This document shows positions 17,479 to 26,475 of a stretch of DNA of 40,471 bases, one piece after another (position 1 is the first letter of the stretch; each line of letters starts with the position of its first letter). The position numbers and the translations under genes were made by a program. Source of the stretch: a virus (Duplodnaviria > Heunggongvirae > Uroviricota > Caudoviricetes); the IMG/VR virus record IMGVR_UViG_2565956717_000010, positions 1 through 40,471 of that record; one strand, written 5' to 3'. The notes under the pieces were generated by a model, which made no database searches, was not told the DNA's origin, and worked only from the letters and a program-made list of their open reading frames with translations.

Positions 17479-19949
17479 CAGAATCCCCCAACAGTAAGGC
17501 GAGGAATAACGGCAAGAACAGACAGCGGCAACGGATCAAGCTGACGGATTTTTACACGTCCGTTTTTGCCCCAGTTACTGTCCAGTTTCACTTCTACTTT
17601 TCCGGTAGCATCATCAACAGGATCATCGTAGAACTCGAATTCACGCTGTGGATATTCGTACCATTTACCGCCGGGCGTAGTCGCCCAGATGCCGCGACTG
17701 GCATTCACAACCAGAGTAACGGAGGGGATCACCTGTTTTTTGTCCAGCAGCGTTTCCTGTCCGTTAATGTTGATATCCAGTGTTTCGAATTCAGCAGTTA
17801 TTGGCATGCCGATGTGCACTACAGCCCCCGGAGATTCCAGCGTGACGGCACCTCCGGAAACCACTTTCTGTGGTTCCACGTTCGCATCAGAGAGAATGTT
17901 TACGGTCTGGCCTTCAAGATGAGACAGGCCTCCAAATGTCCGGCGCGCCATCTGCCAGTTCGTGGTGGCCACATTCCTGAGGGATGGCGGGACGTTCCTG
18001 TTAGCACGAACCACTACAGCGGTATTGCTGGTTACAGAAATAATGTCGCAACGTAATTCTTTTGACACTTCATCGCCAGTATCAGGATCAGTTCCGGTAT
18101 AAGGGAACTGTAGTTGCGCGCCGACATCACTACTGGTGAAGTACGCACCACCAGAAACACTGATTGTATATTCCGCACGGTAATCCCATTCACCAGAACC
18201 ACCAGTGATGGTCATCGTTCTGTCAGACGTATTTCTTCCATCATAGCTAAGGCCAGAATCAACAAAGAAAGCATCTTCATCGCTGGTAAATAAACGGCTG
18301 GACAGTCGCTCGATGTATCTCACTGTTTGCCCGTTAACGGTTCGGTTAATGACGAAATACACCGCATCTTCATTGCCTTCGCTGATACTGCATGTGCTTT
18401 CATATTTTCCGGTACTGGACTGTGGTGCCCATGCAAAAACCTGTTGATCACGCAAATAGGTCATCACCAGTAATTTACCGTCATCACGAATGCAGAAGGC
18501 GCTGGAGTAAGGGACAATAGAGAAGCACCAGTCAACAATGCTGTGCTTCTGAAAAAGATGATTGGCAAGGATGGTCAGGTCGTTCCCCTGATAGCCGTCA
18601 ACATCGAATGAGTAGGCCAGATCACGGACAACGCTGCCTTTCTCCTGGACGAACAGAGCAATATTCGCCACGGCAATTGGCGGGACGTTGCTTGAGCCAT
18701 TTGATCCCTGAGAGCTGAATGCAAATGATGATGGGGTTAACACTTTGTTCTGGTCGCCGGTGATGACGTACTCACCTCCGGAAGTCAGCGCCACCAGAGA
18801 ACCAACATCAATCAGGTGGCGGATCTCATTAACCTGACGTCCGGCATAGGTGTAGATAATTCTGTCGTCATCCTGCGTAGGATTGCTTTTGCCAAAATCC
18901 TTATAATCCCCGGTACGGCTGGCCCAGATAGTCTGAGGAAACGCAGTCGATGCGGCGAAGTAAAGACGTTGTTGATAATAAACAACAGTGCCAGGATAAC
19001 CATTAACACTGTTCCAGGCATATTTAGCCCATTTATAGCTGGCATTATCCTCGCCCACGACCTGCGAAGGGATATAGGAAATCACCTCGGCAGTTGCAGT
19101 AGTTCCATTTGCAGCAGTGATACGGGCAATGCCAAAACCACTGTGCAGATATTCCCACTCAATGCCAGTATCATCATCACCGGATCCGCCCCAGCCATCC
19201 CATGATGTGCCTTCTGTATGCGAAGGGCGCAAAGTACCTGTTTTGCCTGCTGTAACGGCGCGATAGTAGTTACTGTCTGCACGGCGAATATCGCCAATCG
19301 ACGTACTCTTACTGGTTTCCCATACCGGCACAGAATCCACTGCAGGCTGTTCCAGATAGAACAATTTGCCTACCTGCTCCGCGCCAAAAATAGAGGCGCT
19401 TGCCGTTAGCGTAATTGTCCCGGTGCTGGCGCTGGCATAAACCGTCACTGACTCGTCAATATTGATATCTTCAAATGGCCCGTTCTTCGTTACCACATCA
19501 ACCAGTTGCCAGTTGTCATGCGCATAGCGGCGCAACTCTTTCGGCGGGTATGCCGGATGAACCAGCGTAAGCACGTCTGCGCTTTGCGTGAATTTAATTC
19601 GGAACAGATCGGTTTCAGTATATGGCGTGGAAATTTCATAAATAACATTGCTGCTGTTCAGCACCAACGCACCATCTTTGATAACGCGCATGTACTGGTG
19701 TCCGAACTCCAGAGCATAAGTCTGAACCGTCGAGAACTGGAACGGGATCAGGCGGCATTTCCGATTTGGGTATTTGGCGGCACCGACAAAACGCGTACCA
19801 GGTCGATTCTCAACTCCGCCATACTGCCGCACGATAAAGTTATCGCACTTGCGCAATGCCACCTGGTACTTCGCCATGTCGATACGACCGTACAACGACG
19901 GTCCAATCTCACCACCGGCAAAGCTGGGCTGGATCCAACTGATAGCCAT
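17478..19949 (-). CDS. Tail tubular protein B-like (T7 gp12-like)
   Basis: 823 aa, size and position as T7 gp12; immediately downstream of gp11-like gene with ATGA overlap. Homology not verified. Confidence 0.5.
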   Translation of the reverse strand: MAISWIQPSFAGGEIGPSLYGRIDMAKYQVALRKCDNFIVRQYGGVENRPGTRFVGAAKYPNRKCRLIPFQFSTVQTYALEFGHQYMRVIKDGALVLNSSNVIYEISTPYTETDLFRIKFTQSADVLTLVHPAYPPKELRRYAHDNWQLVDVVTKNGPFEDINIDESVTVYASASTGTITLTASASIFGAEQVGKLFYLEQPAVDSVPVWETSKSTSIGDIRRADSNYYRAVTAGKTGTLRPSHTEGTSWDGWGGSGDDDTGIEWEYLHSGFGIARITAANGTTATAEVISYIPSQVVGEDNASYKWAKYAWNSVNGYPGTVVYYQQRLYFAASTAFPQTIWASRTGDYKDFGKSNPTQDDDRIIYTYAGRQVNEIRHLIDVGSLVALTSGGEYVITGDQNKVLTPSSFAFSSQGSNGSSNVPPIAVANIALFVQEKGSVVRDLAYSFDVDGYQGNDLTILANHLFQKHSIVDWCFSIVPYSSAFCIRDDGKLLVMTYLRDQQVFAWAPQSSTGKYESTCSISEGNEDAVYFVINRTVNGQTVRYIERLSSRLFTSDEDAFFVDSGLSYDGRNTSDRTMTITGGSGEWDYRAEYTISVSGGAYFTSSDVGAQLQFPYTGTDPDTGDEVSKELRCDIISVTSNTAVVVRANRNVPPSLRNVATTNWQMARRTFGGLSHLEGQTVNILSDANVEPQKVVSGGAVTLESPGAVVHIGMPITAEFETLDININGQETLLDKKQVIPSVTLVVNASRGIWATTPGGKWYEYPQREFEFYDDPVDDATGKVEVKLDSNWGKNGRVKIRQLDPLPLSVLAVIPRLTVGGF

Positions 19950-20554
19950 CAGGACAACCTCGCAATGGTAAACTCGTCAACCGGTGGCAGTGGTTCCTGT
20001 GATTCATTCTGGCTATGCGAGCCAGCACTAAGAATCACGCGATTGTACATATTGAGGGCAAACGTACCGAGGTCTGCATTCCCAGTCAGCGCCATGTTAA
20101 TAGCTGCCGCAAGACGCCAGGCCAACGCCTCCATAAAAATGGCATCAAACATGTTCACATCTGAAACGCGAGAGACATACTTGAGCCATGCCTGCGGCTG
20201 GTCTGTGTAGATCAACTTTCCTGTTCCGTTGGTGTCTGCACCAACTTCGTACTGAACGCGCATTGCTGCTGTTGGATTGCGTACACCAGGAAGCATAATT
20301 TCAGTAATGCGCAGACAATCGGACGGGTACTGATACGCATATTCCCAGTCAGGCGGTGGATTGCTCGTATCTGCAAGCGCCACGCGTTTGGTAGCAAAGT
20401 TCCAGTCAAAATCAGAAAGCACAGCATCACGGCAGGCCTCAAAGTGCAGCGAACATTCCCCCGCTTCCTTGCTGGCTTCCGTCAGGCTGTTAATGCTGCG
20501 GCTATTGCCAATATTGGACAGCGCACGATTGCAGATCTCTACTACAGAGGCCAT
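19949..20554 (-). CDS. Tail tubular protein A-like (T7 gp11-like)
   Basis: 201 aa (T7 gp11 is ~196 aa); N-terminal pattern resembles gp11 by eye; position in conserved order. Confidence 0.5.
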   Translation of the reverse strand: MASVVEICNRALSNIGNSRSINSLTEASKEAGECSLHFEACRDAVLSDFDWNFATKRVALADTSNPPPDWEYAYQYPSDCLRITEIMLPGVRNPTAAMRVQYEVGADTNGTGKLIYTDQPQAWLKYVSRVSDVNMFDAIFMEALAWRLAAAINMALTGNADLGTFALNMYNRVILSAGSHSQNESQEPLPPVDEFTIARLS

Positions 20555-20877
20555 TACTCACCCCCATTGCCGTACAGGGTTTCAGCCGCTGATTTTTCTA
20601 CATCCCCGGAAACAGGAGCGATCGCCATATCAGTGATCTGCAGATCGGCGCTGCGATTAACACCATCGTCAGTTTCTCTGGCAGACAGGCCTCGAATAAC
20701 AGCTTTTGCAGTTATCATCACTTCTGTTCCGACGCCCTGAGGTTGCGCCTTCAGCTTATTCAATGTGTCGTTATTAAGAGTGATGCACAGCCCCCACGGG
20801 TATTCATCGCGAGTTCTGGTTTCTCCGCTCTCATCCTGGTAGCTGTCAGTGCCGGTTTTGAGGTTTACGAGTTCCAT
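20554..20877 (-). CDS. Hypothetical virion-associated protein
   Basis: Start set at ATG 20875-20877 with AGGAG RBS; stop overlaps next start (TAATG). Confidence 0.45.
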   Translation of the reverse strand: MELVNLKTGTDSYQDESGETRTRDEYPWGLCITLNNDTLNKLKAQPQGVGTEVMITAKAVIRGLSARETDDGVNRSADLQITDMAIAPVSGDVEKSAAETLYGNGGE

Positions 20878-20927
20878 ATACACTCCTGCAATAAAGGGGC
20901 CGAAGCCCCTTGTCGGATTCGCGAGGC

Positions 20928-21263
20928 TTACACGCCTAGTTCTTTACGCTTATCTGCGATCTTCTCGCGGAGCGTTTCGGCTTTAGCGTTATGGTGTGGC
21001 TTCTCGTTAAAGAGCAATTCGTACTCTTCACGGAGCTTATCCAGTTCACCATCATCTGACACATCGTTGATGATTTTGGTGCTGGTTGCTGCCATTGACA
21101 CCTTTCCTGCAACTTTTGCTTTTGCCTGTCTGGCTGCATCGTTAACAGGTTCCAGTGCGCTACCAGGCTCACCTTCGTATTCGATTTCTGCCCCCTCCGG
21201 CCACAGAGTGTTATGGATATGAGAGAGGCGCAGAACGCGGTATCTTGGTTTCTCACCTGACAT
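20928..21263 (-). CDS. Hypothetical head-associated protein
   Basis: Start set at ATG 21261-21263 with AAGGTG RBS; charged, Lys/Glu-rich. Confidence 0.45.
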   Translation of the reverse strand: MSGEKPRYRVLRLSHIHNTLWPEGAEIEYEGEPGSALEPVNDAARQAKAKVAGKVSMAATSTKIINDVSDDGELDKLREEYELLFNEKPHHNAKAETLREKIADKRKELGV

Positions 21264-21273
21264 CGATATCACC

Positions 21274-21711
21274 TTAACCAGTTACTTTTGAGCGGATCGG
21301 ATACGGCGTATTGGCATCAACATCAAGACTGATACCAGCAGTGAATTCGCCAGCCGTAAGTGGGCCAGTTGCGACGGAGTAGTTAACACGCAGATATCGC
21401 TGAACACCGGCAGGCACCTTTGCAGAAACAACTCGTTTACCTGCTGTCAGGGCGGTCTTTGCCAGTGCGCCACTATCATAAATAGTGGTCCATGAGCTGT
21501 TATTCTCACTCGTCTGCAACTGGATGTTTACAGTTGCATCACCGCTTGCTGCGGCGGCTGCGTTAACCAGCACCCAAAACTCAAGCGGGTAACCCACGCC
21601 GATATCACGACGTTTTCCGTCAATTGGACCGAGATCGATTACGTCAGTAGAAGCCGCGGTATCAGTTACCGCCTGTGCTTCGGAGAACATCAACAGTTTG
21701 TCGGTGATCAT
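21274..21711 (-). CDS. Hypothetical head protein (possible decoration protein)
   Basis: 145 aa directly after capsid gene; GGAG RBS. Confidence 0.45.
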   Translation of the reverse strand: MITDKLLMFSEAQAVTDTAASTDVIDLGPIDGKRRDIGVGYPLEFWVLVNAAAAASGDATVNIQLQTSENNSSWTTIYDSGALAKTALTAGKRVVSAKVPAGVQRYLRVNYSVATGPLTAGEFTAGISLDVDANTPYPIRSKVTG

Positions 21712-21762
21712 CTTCTTTCTCCATTAGTGGGTCTGTTACGACCCACAGGTTAATAACAGGCG

Positions 21763-22755
21763 TTACACCACGCGGGCTTCTGTTTCCAGAAGCGCATCAG
21801 TTTCACGGATTGGTACACCACGGAATGAAGTCCACCACTCGCCTTCTGTCTCTTTTACGCTGATAGCCAGAGATGTTTTCTCCAGAGACTGCAGATCAAG
21901 AGCCTGGCCTACAGTGCGGTTCATGTAGAACACCGGGCGGCCCATGCCACGGTTTGGAATGCGATGTAGTGCTTTAACCATCAACTTCGCAATATTTGCG
22001 GCAGAGGATGGTTCTGAAAGATTGCTGACATCGATGTTTGCAATGCGAACAACATAACGCCAGTCACGCAGAGCAAGTCCGTTATCCCATTTGTAATGGG
22101 TGCGATAGCCTTCGTACTTGCCGCCATTAGCATCTTCCAGTGTCACCTGGCCTTTATCTTCCATCTGGATGCCAGCCTTCTGCCCTTTCGGGAAGATGCC
22201 ATGCACGGTGTTTTCGCCCCACACCACTAACCAGATTGAGGTGTTATCTGTACCCGTGCCACCAGCATCAATGATGTTCTGAGCATTACCCGCAGACAGG
22301 CTGGAATAGCGGGAGGACAGTCCCATAAACTGCTGAGGATTAACGCTGGAATCACCATAAAACAGCGTCTGCGCCATCTGCTGATTCATCGCTTCAATAA
22401 ATGCGCGGTCTTCAGAAAGGCGGAATTCGGCGGTATTGCCGTTCAGATCAGCCAGTGACTTATCGACTTCCGCATAGGTTTCCAGCATGCCAACGGAATC
22501 GGTTACCTGCACTGTGGTTGATTTGCTTGGCTGTACGCCATAGTTCAGCAAACGCCAGGTAGCTGAAGGTAAACCAGAACGAATGGTGGTTCGGTGTCCG
22601 GTAGGAAGGTTCCCTTCGACAAAAGGCATATCCTGAAGGATCGGGTTAGTTTGACCGAGAAGCTCGATAATCTTATCGACTTTCCCGTTTGGATCGACGC
22701 GCTTACCCCAGTCAGCCAGCGTTAGCGCAGTTAAGCCTTTAACAGCCATTGTCAT
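21763..22755 (-). CDS. Major capsid protein
   Basis: 330 aa immediately downstream of scaffold gene in a portal-scaffold-capsid order; alternative start at 22749. Confidence 0.6.
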   Translation of the reverse strand: MTMAVKGLTALTLADWGKRVDPNGKVDKIIELLGQTNPILQDMPFVEGNLPTGHRTTIRSGLPSATWRLLNYGVQPSKSTTVQVTDSVGMLETYAEVDKSLADLNGNTAEFRLSEDRAFIEAMNQQMAQTLFYGDSSVNPQQFMGLSSRYSSLSAGNAQNIIDAGGTGTDNTSIWLVVWGENTVHGIFPKGQKAGIQMEDKGQVTLEDANGGKYEGYRTHYKWDNGLALRDWRYVVRIANIDVSNLSEPSSAANIAKLMVKALHRIPNRGMGRPVFYMNRTVGQALDLQSLEKTSLAISVKETEGEWWTSFRGVPIRETDALLETEARVV

Positions 22756-22763
22756 TTCCTCTC

Positions 22764-23465
22764 TTATTTGCCATAGAGCACTTCGGCCGCACTACGCTGG
22801 CCTTCATTACCACCGGTGACCATGCCATCTTCAGACATCGCCTTTCCGATTTTCACGAACGTTTTGACCAGATCAGGGTGATTACCCAGCCCGGTGGTGT
22901 TCAGATATTCTTTGAGCTCAGGTGTCCCGAACTGGTCAAGCGCACGCTGTGCGGCGCTAAGGTTAGAAATCAACTTGTCGCCACCGATTTCTTTGTCAGC
23001 TTTTACATCCGCAGCCCACTGCTCGGTTGTTTTCTGCCAGGCTTCTGCCTGGCGCTGCTGAACACCTGCCAGAATCTTCGGATAAGCATCAACCAGCTTT
23101 TGCGCTTGCTCGTTGGTCAGGTTAAGTTCTCGCGCCACAGGCTCGAATTCCTTCAACGCTTCTGTATCCAGCTCTACGCCTTCGGCAGCCTGAAACTCGT
23201 ACTTCTCAGGCGCACCCTCTGGTTTATCGCCGTCCTTTTTTTCATCCTGCTTATCGTTTTCAGGCTTTTTGTCATCAGCAGGTTTATCGCCATCAGCAAC
23301 AGGTTGTGGCTTATCACCTTCCGATTGTGATGGATCACCAACTGGAGCAGGGTTATCACCTGCAGGCGCTGACGGTTCTGACGCAGCCGGAGCTGCTCCA
23401 CCATCGACTGGTTGCTCATTGCAAAGACGGCGATACAGCAAACGCTCAAATAAATTCATGATCAC
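22764..23465 (-). CDS. Scaffolding protein
   Basis: 233 aa, acidic, Pro/Ala/Asp/Lys-rich low-complexity N-terminal half then helical region; lies between portal and capsid genes. Confidence 0.6.
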   Translation of the reverse strand: MIMNLFERLLYRRLCNEQPVDGGAAPAASEPSAPAGDNPAPVGDPSQSEGDKPQPVADGDKPADDKKPENDKQDEKKDGDKPEGAPEKYEFQAAEGVELDTEALKEFEPVARELNLTNEQAQKLVDAYPKILAGVQQRQAEAWQKTTEQWAADVKADKEIGGDKLISNLSAAQRALDQFGTPELKEYLNTTGLGNHPDLVKTFVKIGKAMSEDGMVTGGNEGQRSAAEVLYGK

Positions 23466-23758
23466 TCCTGTTCACTGGCCTCTTTGGCCATCTTCAAATA
23501 CTGTTCAGGGCAATGCGCCATAACGCGCTGAAACAGTTCCAGCGCCAGATTGCGTTGCCCCTCATTAAATGCCATAGCCATAGCGTCCATCGGTGAGATA
23601 GCAGAAAACACACGGCCTTTCTCCAGCACCGACCAGACAACGCGACGCCCCTGTTCACTGCTCATGACAAAGCGAATGTCATCAATTTCACGCTGTGCCA
23701 TGTCACGTTGCTTACGGGCGTTTTCTTCTTTCAGTTGATCGTCTTCGTAATCTGTCAT
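23462..23758 (-). CDS. Hypothetical head-assembly protein
   Basis: 98 aa, overlaps portal stop and scaffold start. Confidence 0.45.
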   Translation of the reverse strand: MTDYEDDQLKEENARKQRDMAQREIDDIRFVMSSEQGRRVVWSVLEKGRVFSAISPMDAMAMAFNEGQRNLALELFQRVMAHCPEQYLKMAKEASEQE

Positions 23759-25434
23759 TGTGATTGCCCACCCTGACCACTAACTGCATTCGCCATAGCT
23801 GACAAAACACTCGGATCCGAAGTTTTAGCTTCGCTTAGCGTCTTGGCACCCTGTGCCGCCGCCATCCCCATCGCCATCATTTGTTGCTGCTGTTGCTGCT
23901 GTGCCCGTTGCTGGCGAGCCTGCTCAACCTGTTCCTGCGGAACAATGACGGTTGGAGACACTCCGGACATATCAGCGAATGCATCGATTGCCTGATCAAC
24001 GTTGAGTTTGTCGAGAGCTTCTGGTTTCGCTTGCGCAAGTTGACCAATGAAGTTAACCGTGGACGCCAGACTGGACAGGCCGATAGACTTCTGCGCCTGA
24101 GCCATGACGGAAATGTATTCGACCTTCAGGGGCATACCTTCCATCGCGTCAGGCGGGGGCGGCAGCATGTTTTTACGCACCATCATCGAGAAAGCGCGGT
24201 CAATGAGAGGATTAAGACATTCGTCGTTCAGACGCTCCAGAACCGGCCCCAACATCAGAAGTTTTTCTTCTTTCATTTCGATCACCGCTTCAACAGGCAT
24301 CGAACGGGTATTGATGTTCTGCAACATCATGAACAGATCGACAAAGTAGGCACTGTTAATGATTTGACGAGTGTCCTGAATGTCTGCCACCAGATCTGCT
24401 GTACTGGGGTTAACCAGATAAGCAGGCCTGAAACCATCCTGACCAGTAATCTGATCGATATACGTGATGTCGCCAGGAAGAAGGGAGGCGCGCTGATTCT
24501 TGAGGGAAGTCGGAGCAATCATCGGCGGATTGGTGGCTTTATCAATCAACTGCGACTTGCGCTTCTGGAGAAGCTGCAATGCCTTAACAGGTCCAAGCGC
24601 CAGCATACCCGGGCATGATGATCCATAAACATCTTCGCCGTTAACTTCCCAGCGCGGAGCCATAATTGGAAACTCATCGAATCCGGACTCACGCAACAAC
24701 TTGTCGTTATCGCCACCAACCTCGTAATAAACCGATTTGAATGGCTTGTTCTTGCTATCCAGCTTCGATGTATCGCGGTCAATGTTCGGGTAAACCGAAT
24801 GCATCACTTCAATCCACTTCTCGTAGGTGCCGCTTTCCCACATGCTTTTTACGGATTCGCTGACGTTATTTAGCCCGAACTCCTGAACAAGCTGACGAAC
24901 AGTCATAGAGAACTTGCGAAAACAGGTGTCCACACTGCCACGAGGTGAGTTAGCCAGGTAGTAACTGCCTATCGGGAATGGCATTGTGCGAATGATGTCC
25001 TCGTCATCCTCCAGCACCGCCATTGCACCAGTGCTGTATGTGCCGAGGCTTCCGTATAACTGCGGAAGAGACTGGTAGAGATTCGACTTATTGAACATAT
25101 CGTTCATGCGGTTCTGAACTGCCTCAAGCCACAACTTAACAGGGCCATAGTCCATCATTTCAGGATCTGGCGTAGCCAGGCGAAACCACGGACGGGCGGG
25201 GCTTGTTATGCCTGACATCATGCCGCTGGCAAGAGTGCGCGCCGCCATAGTCCCGGTCGAATCAATAATGCGTGTATTGCGTCGATCGTTACGGTTTACC
25301 TCAGAAGTCAGAAAGCGGGAACCACGCGGGTTGATGTAATCACTCAACTCGCGCCAGTGCGGCTCGAACGACTGACGCTCGCTTTCAAGTTGTGCGAACT
25401 GTTTGTTCAATCGCTCTTTAGTTGTTTCCGCCAT
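23755..25434 (-). CDS. Portal protein
   Basis: 559 aa; GGAG RBS; follows terminase genes; Gln/Ala-rich C-terminal tail. Confidence 0.7.
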   Translation of the reverse strand: MAETTKERLNKQFAQLESERQSFEPHWRELSDYINPRGSRFLTSEVNRNDRRNTRIIDSTGTMAARTLASGMMSGITSPARPWFRLATPDPEMMDYGPVKLWLEAVQNRMNDMFNKSNLYQSLPQLYGSLGTYSTGAMAVLEDDEDIIRTMPFPIGSYYLANSPRGSVDTCFRKFSMTVRQLVQEFGLNNVSESVKSMWESGTYEKWIEVMHSVYPNIDRDTSKLDSKNKPFKSVYYEVGGDNDKLLRESGFDEFPIMAPRWEVNGEDVYGSSCPGMLALGPVKALQLLQKRKSQLIDKATNPPMIAPTSLKNQRASLLPGDITYIDQITGQDGFRPAYLVNPSTADLVADIQDTRQIINSAYFVDLFMMLQNINTRSMPVEAVIEMKEEKLLMLGPVLERLNDECLNPLIDRAFSMMVRKNMLPPPPDAMEGMPLKVEYISVMAQAQKSIGLSSLASTVNFIGQLAQAKPEALDKLNVDQAIDAFADMSGVSPTVIVPQEQVEQARQQRAQQQQQQQMMAMGMAAAQGAKTLSEAKTSDPSVLSAMANAVSGQGGQSQ

Positions 25435-25448
25435 TTCAATGACTCCGG

Positions 25449-25655
25449 TTACTGACCAAGTAGCGTTTTACCGCTGGTATTAGCGGTTGATGTGTCACCC
25501 TGAGAACCGGTAAGCAGCGTAGAACTACGACCAGCAGCAGCGCGACGGCGACGAGTTTCTTCGTCGCGGGCATCAACAACGGCGGCATCCTGCTCCTGTG
25601 GTGCTGCCTGAACTTCTGGTGTTGCAGGCACTGACGGTGAGCTACCCATGCACAT
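25449..25655 (-). CDS. Small hypothetical protein upstream of portal
   Basis: 68-aa ORF ending 14 nt before portal ATG; weak RBS; Ala/Arg-rich. May be non-coding. Confidence 0.25.
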   Translation of the reverse strand: MCMGSSPSVPATPEVQAAPQEQDAAVVDARDEETRRRRAAAGRSSTLLTGSQGDTSTANTSGKTLLGQ

Positions 25656-25745
25656 ATCAATGACTCCGTACGCAATTAAATTATTACCAATTTAACCATA
25701 TATGATTTATTTATCGTAGATAGTTGACATTTAACGCACGAATTA

Positions 25746-25760
25746 TTACCTTTCAGGTAA
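25746..25760. promoter_or_regulatory. Operator-like palindrome TTACC-N5-GGTAA (site 4)
   Basis: TTACCtttcaGGTAA, identical core to site 1; TTGACA hexamer 16 bp upstream on the plus strand (25724-25729); between portal operon and tRNA. Confidence 0.45.
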
Positions 25761-26082
25761 GCAAATAGTTCATTCAGGTTATTAACCTGACTGGCTTGTC
25801 GTTAAATTGAACAGGTGGAGTGAGCTTTTATTTTGAGCAGTACGGCGTATGGCACATGCGCCGATAGCGGTCTGGATACGCTTAAGGGGCACCCTCCCTT
25901 GCTCGGGCAAACGAACCAGGTAGCCGGAATGTGCAAGTCGAGCGGTTTTATTCCGCGCACGGGGATTCACCATCCCGGCGATTCGGTGTGACGCCTCGGA
26001 AGAGACGAGGGTACAACGATGAGAGCATTTATGGAGCCGCGACAAAGTGTGGCGCCTTAACAGGCTAAGTGCTCTCAGCGTT

Positions 26083-26159
26083 GTGGCATTAGCTCAGTTG
26101 GACAGAGCAACCGCCTTCTAAGCGGTTGGTCGCAGGTTCGAATCCTGCATGCCACGCCA
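26083..26159 (+). tRNA. tRNA-Arg (anticodon UCU)
   Basis: 77 nt, hand-folded cloverleaf: acceptor GTGGCAT/ATGCCAC, D-stem GCTC/GAGC, anticodon stem ACCGC/GCGGT with loop CTTCTAA, T-arm GCAGG-TTCGAAT-CCTGC, discriminator G, encoded CCA. Acceptor stem differs from the host argU I remember. Confidence 0.85.
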
Positions 26160-26202
26160 GAATCACGCCTAAGGACCGTGATGCCAGAAGTTCCAGGGGC
26201 TT

Positions 26203-26244
26203 GGCGGTGATGGTTTCCCTTGAAGGACTATCACCGCCCTTTTT
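26203..26244 (+). terminator. Intrinsic terminator downstream of tRNA
   Basis: Stem GGCGGTGAT/ATCACCGCC with a long loop, followed by CTTTTT. Confidence 0.45.
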
Positions 26245-26322
26245 ACAGCAGGACGCCATTGCGATGACTTCATGCTGTAAACCAGTACAGCCACGGAAGG
26301 CATAACTCATTGCTTCCAGTTC

Positions 26323-26346
26323 GCCCGGTTCGCCGGGCATTTTTTT
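26323..26346 (+). terminator. Intrinsic terminator (second, downstream of tRNA)
   Basis: Stem GCCCGG/CCGGGC with TTCG tetraloop, then T7. Confidence 0.6.
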
Positions 26347-26475
26347 AAGGTGTGAATCATGAAATACGAATTCGATGGATTTTGATGTCGTGACATGTCA
26401 CAAACAGCCAGCCGATGAGCTGGCTTTGTTTTATCCTCATCAGAGGATATCAACGACATTATCCCCACCAGCGGA

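Noticed and set aside
19506-20210. 234-aa plus-strand ORF overlapping the tail tubular A/B-like genes
   Set aside because: Antisense to two translationally coupled structural genes; no independent signals.
23881-24618. 245-aa plus-strand ORF antisense to the portal gene
   Set aside because: Lies inside the portal coding region on the opposite strand; Arg/His/Leu-rich, low-complexity translation typical of shadow frames.
25782-26082. Possible second or degenerate tRNA, or an 87-aa minus-strand ORF, upstream of tRNA-Arg
   Set aside because: I could not fold a convincing cloverleaf by hand and the ORF is Arg-rich with no start signals; left as unassigned leader.
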